Shown here piece by piece: positions 52,311 through 64,000 of a DNA stretch of 64,000 nt. Position 1 is the stretch's first letter. Each line of letters opens with the position of its first letter. Under the pieces are notes generated by a model. The model was not told the origin of the DNA and ran no database searches. It was given only the letters and a program-made list of their open reading frames with translations. The position numbers and the translations under genes are program-made. Source of the stretch: Balanoglossus misakiensis (taxonomy: Eukaryota; Animalia; Hemichordata); NCBI GenBank assembly GCA_040954595.2, contig CM082581.2:4704699-4768698 (forward strand), in the 5' to 3' direction.

Positions 52311-52780
52311 TTTTCGAAGTACACGCCTCTCCGGCGTCTAAAGATCTCAGGATAGTAAGGTAGAAAGCTATTGACATATAATGAAAGCTATTGAAAGCTA
52401 ATGACAGCTTTTGATTTTCAGTATGTCGGTTGGAGTTTTTTGCGAACTTTTAATCATATCCACAGTCACCCTGTCCACAGTGATAACATTTGAAAGTCAT
52501 TATCTTTTAAGAAATCGAGGATATTCTTTTCACGGGTGCTTCAACAAATTTTGACAATGTCTGCTTTGACCGAAAACGTAACCAAATTATGATTTATATC
52601 ACTGTGTGACGAGTTTCTTTCCGCAGAATTTGAGTATTACTCAATTAATGACATCAGGTCAAATTACAGTGGGCATATCACGACGGCTAAATTTAGTAAT
52701 ATATATAACAAATGATTCACACACTGAAAATGTAATTTCCTTTCTCGCAACTTTTTGTACGACACTAAATTGCCGACCGT
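52311..52780 (+). repeat. Direct repeat copy 2 (partner at 48701-49250), with internal deletions
   Basis: Collinear match to 48701-49250 starting 3610 nt downstream. Confidence 0.9.
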
Positions 52781-55567
52781 TCGATAAAAGTGACCTTATT
52801 AATCAAACCGATCAAACCATAAATAAGTAATAGAGATGGTTCTCTAACTTAAACCACGATCCCCCACAGACTTTGTCACCATTGGAGCTTTGTGTGCCTT
52901 AAAGACGTCGTATAACACAACGATTCAGTAAAATGAACTAACAAAAGCTTATCAAAAGAGGCTTATTCTTCATTGCTGACTGTGAAATTTGGTTGGCCAC
53001 CTCTGTTCCTATAAATGAATCATGTCGTGGGCAGGTAGTTGTAGACCGCCCCTGCTGGGCCTTACAAGATCGCCCACGCATGACAGGTGGTTCTCTAAAT
53101 ATTCATGCTTACGTGTCGCAATAATATGCTAATTTCAAACTCCAATTTGCATAAACTTACGTAAACTTTACAGGTGTATATATCAGCTTATATAAAGTAT
53201 AAAAGCTTGACATACATTTCGAGTTGTTTAGAAAATTGCCCTATCTATTTAAGGGAATTATGGTTGCACTTTATTAATTTTGACAACTCAATGCTGCATT
53301 GGGTTGTGAGGAGATGGGCATGGTCCCGGTAAATAGCGCCCCCTCGCCGTGAATGTGCACATCTTTCTTTTACACACTTCTTCATATATATTCGTCCAAT
53401 AAACTTTACTGCTAATACTATACTATACATGTATGTTCAGTCATCGCCAAAGTTTAGACATAGATTTATAATTGATATATATAAATATAATCGACAAAGT
53501 AAAAAGCACTGCATTCAATGGCAAAAATGTGTGCCAAGCCAAAGGCGTCTTGTACAAACGCATACATGTATAGTCAGCAAATTGTCAAATTAAAAATAAT
53601 ATTTTCGATTGAATATTATGCAAATAATACTTAAAATCGATTACTAATAGGGATAAGGTCTGAAAATATTTATCTAGGGAGTTTGGTTCACCTCTGTGCG
53701 CCTACAATAATAAATGTATATAATTACTTTTTTGTCTCCATTGAAAACAGTGCTTTTTCCATCCATTAGATACCAATCCACATACTCTCTTTGAGACGAT
53801 ATGAAGACGATTTTTTGGTTGTTTCACCAAAAACACCAAAAAGCGTAAAATATTGAGTCAGTAGAGGTACAATTCGTTGAACAAACCTTACTCTGTGATC
53901 AAAATGAGTTAAAGCAATTCATATAGTGGCAATGGAGGCTTGGAAAGTCTTTTAAATTCTCCGTGAATATGTTCATGCATTACATTGACAATATGACATT
54001 GAAATGACTCCGGGGATCACGCGCTTGTATAACGTATGTAACCGTGGAATTGTTATTTGGGATTTTTCGCCAACCAATTATACAAATCTAATCGAAATGT
54101 TATGTTGCATTTCAAGAAAAGGCTCTCAGAATAACATTATCACGTCAATCTTTCAAAACTCTTTACAAAGCACGTACTTCTGTATTTTTTTACGGGCTGT
54201 TGCACATGTGCTCAAATCTGTTTGATTCTGAATGCAAGAACAATATGTCCATTTAATAATGTATCCTGTCATGTGTCTCCATATTGTCAGTAAAATCGTG
54301 ACTTTTACGTGTCTTCTCCCCGTTATTCGTGTTCAAATTCTGACAAACGTGAACCCTGGGCACCATTAAGAAATACAACACACCATTTTGTTATCCATGT
54401 CACGGATTTCATGAGGACACCAGCTGACTGTAGCCTGTGGGCCCTATAGGTTGCACATTTACGTTCTATAAATAGCACAGACGGAGCTTCAAAAAACCCC
54501 AGGATATCTAAACAGTATAGGCGATGCAATTGCAAACGTACCCCCTCTGTGTTCATATTTATCCAAACCACTAGGCAAATGTGTCGTGTATTGAGATGTA
54601 TCTGGAACATGTGACATGTTGAGTCGACCTGTTTGTGTTGGTACAGTCTCATACCAATCCATGCGTGCAAAGAACTACAGTTTGTGCGTATTTGTCAGTA
54701 CGGAGCTAAAATTGGGCGAACCAATCACATCATGCCTCAGAGGTAAACATGGCAATATAATATGGTGCTGGCCAGCTGCAGATTTCACGATGCTTAGATG
54801 AAAGTGATGCCCAAAAGAGATACGGTATATAGAATTTGTCGCACTGGGCGAGGAACAATGCGATTTATTAGTCACAGGTCAATTACAACCATGCGACGGC
54901 GCGCGAGAAACGCGCTAATCCATGATGCCAAGGGATGTTTTGAGGGAGGTTCCCTTGCCTGAACTTAAAATTTAATGGCTACTTAGTATTTACATGCAAT
55001 GCATATTTCTTTCAGCCTAAAAAGTGTTTCCGAACAAGGTACGGGGTAATGTAATACGTGTGTGTACACGGGTCATTAATGAATTGAATATAGCTAATTG
55101 TCTACAGTAACACCGCTGGGTCGGAGTACAGCAGACCAGCGACTTACTATACAAGTGTTAAGCCAAAGATAGACATCAACTCTTGTGTCGCAGGCGGGCG
55201 CACTACAAAATAAAAGATGGAATAAAATACAAAAAAAAAATATGTCGAAATATTTTCTCAACTCTGCTACCATCTGGAACGATTGTATCACTCAAAACTC
55301 AAAAAGTAAAAACAGGTATACCTGAGATCGAAAACCCCTAAACTTTAATTAATCGTGGTATTCCAAATATCGCTATGATTTAAATTTCGATCATCTGCGA
55401 GAGAACAATGAGACGTTGAATTTGAGAATTAGATTAAAATAAAAATGATGGAAAATAAGCTGTGATATCGTCATTGTTTTATCGCTTAAAAGCTGCGACC
55501 TGGGTATTTAAGCATTTGATTCTCTAGAGTAAAAGATGCTTTAGTTTGTGGCCAGGACCGGAAGACG

Positions 55568-55658
55568 CATTACATTGTATAGCATTACATTACATTGCAT
55601 TACATTACATTACATTACATTACATTACATTACATTACATTACATTACATTACATTAC
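55568..55658. repeat. (CATTA)n microsatellite
   Basis: Read directly from the sequence. Confidence 0.95.
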
Positions 55659-58600
55659 TCGTGGATTGGTGATAGGCGATCCGAGTTATTGAAACATTTT
55701 ATCAACCAGTCATTCGGACTCATGTCCTAAAGGTGTAATTTTCAGGAAATATCGTTGCAAAAAGACCTACCTTCGGTTAAAGGGTAAGCTGATACGGTTC
55801 CGGAAGACAGTATACAAATCCACCCAATAAAAGGAGCAATTGTCCCTGTACTGTAGTTTGAGCTCAAAAAGCCAATACAACTGTGTAGGCAACAGGATGG
55901 ATGGATGCCATCATATGCCACGAACAAACAATATAATGATCGCCCATGGCCAAGGTTATGTTTCCTTTTACTAAAAGCTTGAAGATTGGACTGCTAAACA
56001 CGATACCTGAAGGTGTGTGTGTGTGTGTGTGTCTGTACGCTCGGTATCTTGTTTCAATTACCGTTATCATGTCGTGGTATTCCAGCTGGGACATCCCCTT
56101 AAATTGCTGCACACATAACTTGAAAGTCGAACGCCGTTAGTTTTATCGACAGTGCATTGTTGTACCCAATTCTGTTTTACTATATTTTTAATGAAATCAA
56201 AAGTCTTACCATACCTATCGTAGGTTTGAAATTTGAATCCAATAATCTGAAATAATATTCCGTCACCCTAGCGAAATAAACGGTATATAAACAATTGCAA
56301 ACCAAGGAACATCCAGTTCTTGACTTCCATGAGTGAATTCCCCGTTGCTGTATAGAACAATCACATAATTATGTAAAAATGCAAACTTTATCAAAGACTT
56401 TAGTTTTTCAATAATTATTTTTTTATTTTGTGTTGCTATTGCGAAGCGTAAAATCATGAAAAATTGGTGTGTGTGTGTGTGTGTGTGCATGTGTAATGCG
56501 GAGTTAGTATGGTCATTAACAAGACCACCAGAAAACGTAGCAAATACGCATTATAATTGTACAAGCCTCCCTAAGGGATGTAAGTAACAGCGATTCTTGG
56601 TCTTCGTTCTCCCCCCAGGAGACTAGCAGCAATGTACAGAAATCCAAGCATTAAATCCACCATGAGTCAGTGAAACATTTTTTCACGTTATTGTATCAAA
56701 TATTAACCTGAACAGTGCAGCTAATTTTGGAAAATTCGCCACAATGTTCTCCCGGGACGCAATCCTGTCACTTGTACTTATAAAACGCGGAACTCGTAAT
56801 AATATACAGCTGGAGGCTAGCGACCAGTTTCATAGCGATAACGATGTTTTGTATGCAATTATTGCCTAGCCGACAGGTGTAAAGTAGACATTCATGCTTA
56901 ATAATTGATGTTATATATTATAAGTTACATTTGAAAAAAAAACTTCATTTTTCGTTGATAATTTATGAGTTTTTGCACAATAAGCGACAACGGCGTACTC
57001 CAACAAATATTGACCCACAAACGATGAATGCTTGTGTACCTATATAAGCTGATTTCGTGAACTCATTACAAGTTAAGAGTTATACCCAATTGTAACGACA
57101 ATTTACACACTCCTGTAATGTATGTCTACAGTGCTACGAACCGGCATTCATTCTGTCAAAACTATCTTCATGGTCCTCGACTTTCAAACGTAACCATATC
57201 TTTAGTAACAAATATTTGTACACTTTTTGCATTGTATTGGACCCTACTGTTATTAAATGTTTCATTTATGGCGAAATAAATCAAATCAAATCAAATCTCA
57301 TAAGTATTTACTTAGGGCTTACTCCAGAAGCAATACGTGACTTAATATACTGCAGTTTATTATTGCATTTCACATAGAACACGAAGTAATAGTATACATG
57401 TACTTATTAGAAATTTGGAAATGATTGTGTTTGTGAAGGAAATTTGCGTAGGACACTTCCGGTACTGACGTGATTTCGACGGGGCTTGTTTTCACATGAC
57501 AAAACGTTTCCCAACTCTTGCTAGAATATAAAAAAAACTTTAGTGCGATGCCCATACATATTTTCTCTTTCATGAAATGTATGAAGTGATTGTACCACGT
57601 AGTAATCTGCACAACAATCTCGGGAGCAACGTGAGGTATCTTTGCCAAAATTGATGAATTGGGGAAAGAGTGTGTCTTGAGGCTGAATTCTTCAAGTATT
57701 TTTTCTCGTTTGTTTTTTTCATATCATTTAGCAGAACTCGAGTTATCGTGTAGATGGTTTTCCCCGAAAGTGTATTTTTTCAAGCGTAATACCCTCATGA
57801 GTGACTTCAGCGCGCGGTCAAGATACGTGGGAGACATTACCACGCGCGCACACCGGAACGTCGACTTTATAGATCCCACTCAATTTGATAGAGATATGAC
57901 GCAAGAGGCTGAAGTTGTTGACAGTAATACATCAACACTTTTGATAGATTTGATGGGCAAATGCAATGGCAAAGAAAATGTCAGATATGACGTACACAGA
58001 CAATGAGCGTGATGCGAATTAAAAAACTTCAACAACACACCTGATACATGTATGCTACGCTGAACTCGTAAGTTGGCGAGCAAAATAGTTTCCACGACAG
58101 AAAAATAGCTTTTCATGCTAGATTATAATACAGATTGTTCATAGATAGCGGCGAGCTTTTTCTTTTTCAGTAGCATTTCATTATCAAGTAAAATGTCCTT
58201 CCGTACATGAGACTCTAGCGCGTTGCGCTATAACGTACGCGGTCGTTATAGTTACTGCATGTTAAACACGTGTAAAAACACTCGCAAAAACGAAACGTGG
58301 CCATCAGTGAGTACTCGAGATGTTATAATGGCTGTACTAAAACCACACCACCGATTATCTCAAGCAGCGTATTTCCGCCTGTGCAGACTACGGCAACACT
58401 GAACGATTTAATAAAATAGCGGCATCGTTTTGACGTTGTAACATTTGGGATCACGGGCGCAGATTACGGAAAGACAGCGTTGTGTTGCGGACAACCTTAC
58501 AAGTCGTAAAATAAGTCCGCCGAGCTTACTTGAACATGCAGCTCAGACGTACGTACGTACAATCGGTAGAAAAGGCATAGTTTTGTGATGATCTGTTAAA

Positions 58601-61600
58601 AATAACTTGTGCTTCCAAAACAAAGTGTTCTCAATCTTTACCAGTATAAAAACGGCAACTGGCAACGTCCCTGAAAAAAGTTTTCTCAATTTTTGGTATA
58701 GAAATGCGGTACTTCTCCCACCCGCCCGTGACACTTGTCAGAATGTGTCGATTAGTTTTAGACGCAAGTCTTTCTTTCAATTGTAGATTTGACTTGAATT
58801 TGGCATCTCACCAAGTACACAGTGTCTGGCTTTAGTTTTCATGGCGGCTGACGGCGACGTTCATTGTCTCGGAGAGGAAATTAGGTTCCCGGGGGGTGAG
58901 ACGATCGAACCACGACGAGCTGCTGGGTTACTTTTTTTGCCGACAGCGTGATTTCGAGACGTGATGCCATAGTTGATCTTCCTTGACGAGCGCCCCTGTT
59001 GCGATCAAGAATAAATCACCCTCCACGAAATGTTATAAAAATAATGTGCGATCGTCTCAGTTTGAATCTCGGTCGCCAGCAACATTTCAGTGAACTGTCG
59101 CCGATTTGGAAGGAAAGTACGATGGAAACCGGGTCATGAAACTTTTATAGCATGGATATATTGATTGCTTCTTAATTTGGCAAAACTGAAATGATGAAAC
59201 ATTTGCGCCACATGGCAAAGATAACGCTAGAATGACAGCTTGTCGAAGACTGTGACCCAACAAAAAAGGAAATACCTGGTACACGACCACTGCGCACGAG
59301 AGAATCTTGCTGAGCAAAATTCACCGGATGACATCATGCTCAGCGAATTTTTGAAAATGAAAAGTAGCTTGGTGAAAATTATACGATTCTAAACAACTTT
59401 TACATGATTTACCATCACAAGAAAGACATGCCCTGATAACCTACTGTACTTCATTGAGAAACAGCGTTTGCTCTAGCACATGTCTTCGGTCTTGAACAAC
59501 ATCTCTTAAGCTGGGCCGTGGAAGACCGACATGAATTGTGCGTTTATAAGAAGTATTTTATGACGACACATCCCTGAAGCCGCGACACTGTGGTCCCTGA
59601 CCCCGACGTGGTGTCAGGAGTGACGTCAGAGAATGTAAGCCGTCCTTTCACTAACGATGGGAGATCAAATCTCGGTGGCATTACCGGGTAGTTTTATGTG
59701 AATGTGGGCATCATCAAAGACTATATAGTTCGTGATGATGATATTTTACATTCGGTGCTGTGCAGTATTTGCTGGTAGGCTAGCTGCATCTCTGACGTTC
59801 AAGGTCTCTGTGAACAAGCTACAAAGTGCCGCGATGCCGCAAGTTGTATTTTTCTTACTGACGACAGCCATTTTACCGCGTAAGAAATTGCAATAGTTTT
59901 AGAAATAAAATTGAAGTAAAAAATATACACTTAAGGAAACATTAACATTCATTTTCTAATTACCACAAAAAACCTGCGTACATTTGTGCTGTTGTTATTA
60001 AAACTATAAATATCCAACAATCCAATTATCGCCAACTATCCAATCAACTTCCGTTCTACTGCCACCACTAGGTCCGCAAGTGGAACACACTGGAGACCGA
60101 ATGACCTCGTGTGTGACCTATTTCCTACCAGACGTATGATAAGCCTAAGTATTGATTTCTCTTCGTAGCGAGCGTTTTAAACACAGAAATGTGAACGATA
60201 ATATCTATCGGAAAATTGTGCAATTTGAAACATTTTTAGGTATTTATAAAACGCCCTTACTTTGAGTTAACTCTTATATCTTGTCACTGGCGACATGAGG
60301 AGATCAGTAAACCAACACGAGTTTTGTTCTGAAACCAGAGTGCCGTCGTCAGAGAGAGAGAGAGACGTCACCGATTCCCGTGTTACTGACCTGCAGTCGA
60401 ATTATGATTACAAACGGGCAAATGTAATCACAGAAATCACTACTGTGTAAGCTCAGCCCGTTCTACCAGAATGTCTGTCTTCACGGTGAGAGACAACAAA
60501 GACTAGCTACTCAATCTTTCTTCTTTTATGGGCGTCAAATTACCGGTCAGGAAACGCGAAAAAATATAAAAACCGACATAAACCGCATACTTAACTCCTA
60601 AAACGGCCTTCATTTCAATGCATAAAAGTATACTGCTGCGAAGCATATGAGATTTTCATCAAACATAACCTGTTCTCGGGTTGGGAATTATCATCAAAAA
60701 CTCGTCTATCATATCCCGGCTATACATTTGTGACTTCTATCGAATTTTACGTTTTGAATGATAATAAACATAATTCAACCTGCAATAAATTGTGAAGCAG
60801 TTTTATAGGTATCAGTCACCGCGAAAGCGATCAAATGTGGCGACAGCCATTGTTTCCGCTGAGGTCAGACTTTTTATGTCATTGTTTTGGAAGTGCAATA
60901 CGTCAACATAATTCTTACCGCACTTGCATGAACGATGCCACGAGGCCATAAAACACTAATGGGATGAACCTATATGTAATGTTGGTTTCTGGGGGTATGG
61001 CGCTGAAAGGAAAATTATCACACGCTAGCTGGTGAAAATAAGAGAAAAAATAAAACGTACAAATCAAGATTTTCGGTATATTTCGCGAAATCTCCCCACT
61101 TCAAGTTTTCCGTCGTTGATTACAGGGCATTCACCCTTTTATATCAAAGCAAACCGCGTGGCTCTTTGCAACTATTTTCTAAAATGTTTATATAATTTCT
61201 GTTCACTTATTTTGGTGTCAATATCAATATCAAATGATAAAACAGTGAAGGTAATTTTTTTTCAAATCTGAATGACCGCAATTATTTATGCAAAATAAGT
61301 AAAGAGTTTGTGAATGCATTTCACGCAAAATGTTGACAATGTGCTCATATACAAATGGGGTCGTTGGTCAACTTCAAAATAGACTTCAGATTTATTGTGC
61401 TTTCTAATACAAATTGGTCTTCCCAGTAATAATGTGACACCGGTAAATCTTCGCGACGTTTCACTTTCACACGTCGCCGAGAATTGTGTTTTACATCACG
61501 AATCAAACGAGTTGCCTTAACGTTGTGTCGACGTCACATCATATTTTACACACAGTCACCTCACGGGGAAGCAGAAACTTCAAAAGATTACAATTTCGGA

Positions 61601-64000
61601 GATAACGGGCATATTCAGACTGTTCGGGTTTTCTTCATTGGTGGCGCTGTATATCTTACCAGGAAAATGACCCCAGTACACTTGAATGTTGCCCTGCATG
61701 ATGCAGCATAGAACGGGTGTAAAACGAAGTGGGGAGGAAAATAATGTATTGATAATTTTGACCATTGTCTTCCACACACTTTCGTATTGGTACTAATCAT
61801 TTCAGCACTGTAGAAGGCTTTTTCAACAAATGAAATCCAAACGGGAATAATTGTATTATTATTTTTTTTACCAAAATTGCATTAATTTGGCTTTAGAAGT
61901 TGGATAAAAATCTGCAGGGTGGACATATGTTTCACAACATTAAGACAGCTATTGATTCCGTGATGAAACTAAACAGATCAAACCTCATGACATGGATGGT
62001 ATTTTCTGTTCGCGCATGAGCAACTCGGTGCGTATTTGAACACAATATCAACGGTATATACATGTACAGCATCACCCAATTTCGACTGGCCTCCGGAGCT
62101 CGGGACACCACAAAGATTTTTTATACGCCATGTTTAATGAGTTACACGTTTCGACCGTACGGAGACGCCGGCATCTTCGTGCTAAAATGAATGCAAACAG
62201 AACTATAGAGTTGTCGTAACAGCCTGGCTGCCATAGCAACGCCGCACACAGCCGTGACATATTCTGGGTCATTGAAGGTAGGACTGACAATGAAGCGAGT
62301 TGACAATATACAATGCTTGGCTGTCTACTATCTCCTAGACTCACGGAAAAAAATCGACTATATGATCTGCAGCTCGTCACAAATAGCAACCGATTAATCA
62401 AATTAGATTAAGGTTGGGGAAAATCAAACCACATATAGAAAAAGCGCCACTTTCCGTAGTTAACGCTGCAAATGAGCATATATATACGGTAACCATCTTT
62501 ACATGTAAACAGAGGATCAGAACAAACATGATTATATCGATTTTTTCCCCCTTCTGGATGGGGTTCGGCGGAATCGTGACGTTACGGCATTATGTATTGG
62601 TTTTTTCTCTGTTTGAGAATGAAATTGCTTTCGAGGAAAATGTCCTCCGGGAATTCGTTATTTTTCTGTCTAACAACTGTAATTGATTCCCAGTAATGGG
62701 GGGATAGTAGTGTATCATTCACACGTCACACACATTTGCGTTTTTGTGCCGGGTTTGGAACTTGGCAATGTTAAAAAACGCCGTATTCATTTTCCATAGT
62801 GCATGCACTCCGCGGCAGAAGTGCCTGCCTATACCCATACTAACTTTGTAGCACACACACACTCTCTGTCTCTTCAGTATCTTGACACCAAAATACCGTA
62901 CTCGACTTTTTAAAAACCTCGGAGACCCACTTCCTGGCCATTAACCGCAACATTTCATACTCGTCGGCGGCATCTGTAAAGAAGTAAAGATTCCTTAACT
63001 TAGATATGAAATCATACGCACGGTTAAAACGTCAGATGAAATCTTCACCTCTCGCCATCGCTAAACCATATTATGGAAAGCGCCACAAAACACTGATACG
63101 TATTATGTACTAGTAATATGAAATTATTGTAGATAGGGCCACCGGCATGATGGACCAGGAAAAAATCTCTCCTGACCAGCAGTTTATTGCACTGTACATT
63201 GGAATTTTTCAATACTTTACCCCCGGTAAACCTAACCAAAGAGACGAGTCTATGAGACGTGTAATACACAAGTCTGACCAAGTAACATTTAGATGGGACT
63301 TTTGGGATTTTGATTATGTATTAAGGCGTAGGTTTACTACAAAAGAAAATGACATTGTTCAATACTTCGTGTCGCTGTTCTTGTTATATGATGCTTTAGC
63401 ATGCTCAAATAGACTAATTTCAGAATGACGTTGATTGTGGCCTTACTAGTAATGTATTAGACGGAGATTAATTTGAGTGGTGTATATCTCCATGTTGATT
63501 AAATAGCCACGATATTTATAGATTTTCTTGTCTGCAGTGATGCTCGCTACATCACGACTACATGTATGACAGTGCTGACGTACAACTGATTTTTTTAATG
63601 TTTATATAAGCCAAGAAAAAATATCGTATCCTTCATTTCGTAACTTAGTGATTTGAACATGGTTTTTCTCATAAACACGGTGCTTTCAATGGATTTGTAG
63701 GGGTTTCGATTGTTGGTGTGTTTTGTGATAACTATTAAACTAGCGCTTATGGGCGTTTTGTTCTTACAAGTAATACAATGTTGATAACGTTTACGTTTCC
63801 ATGCATTATACACAGAAAAACCTTGCTGCAATAGAACTACAGATACCATCCCCCACAGATCAATCAGAGCGTTTGACAATGTCAGATCGGTGTCAAAATA
63901 TACAACATACAATATTCAACTCTAGTTGCGCATAACTAACACCAATTACAATTGATATATTTTACAGACTATGTTTATTTTTCTCAATATCTTGAACGTC

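Noticed and set aside
48701-52780. LTR retrotransposon reading of the direct repeats
   Set aside because: No TG...CA ends, primer-binding site, polypurine tract or gag/pol remnants; the interior is an intron-containing host gene.
54640-55950. Exon-like pieces on the - strand (signal-like ICILSSGTVSAYP with donor near 55771; segment 55149-55202)
   Set aside because: No in-frame ATG, downstream frames hit stops, and no family was recognised.

Overview
Eukaryotic, AT-rich, intron-containing animal DNA. Inferred to be a marine invertebrate deuterostome (possibly a hemichordate) from gene content and long (TATG)n tracts; the species cannot be proven from the sequence. Four gene models were rebuilt by hand from splice sites and frames. 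(1) + strand 3580-6661: secreted protein of four ~150-aa repeats, one per symmetric phase-1 exon, with CARDB/Ig-like motifs, plus a truncated fifth repeat. (2) - strand 20495-21751: intronless rhodopsin-class neuropeptide GPCR of the NPY/PrRP/sNPF receptor group. (3) - strand 40778-47351: type-I membrane mucin (signal peptide, eleven 58-aa Thr/Ser repeats, EGF, TM, cytoplasmic tail). (4) + strand 50040-52162: small secreted kringle gene with an internal 600-bp duplication, one decayed and one intact kringle, flanked by ~500-bp direct repeats. The rest is intergenic/intronic DNA with microsatellites, MITE-like elements, a palindrome and a few orphan exon-like segments. No rRNA, tRNA or CRISPR array was recognised. 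All homology calls are by-eye motif recognition, not database results.
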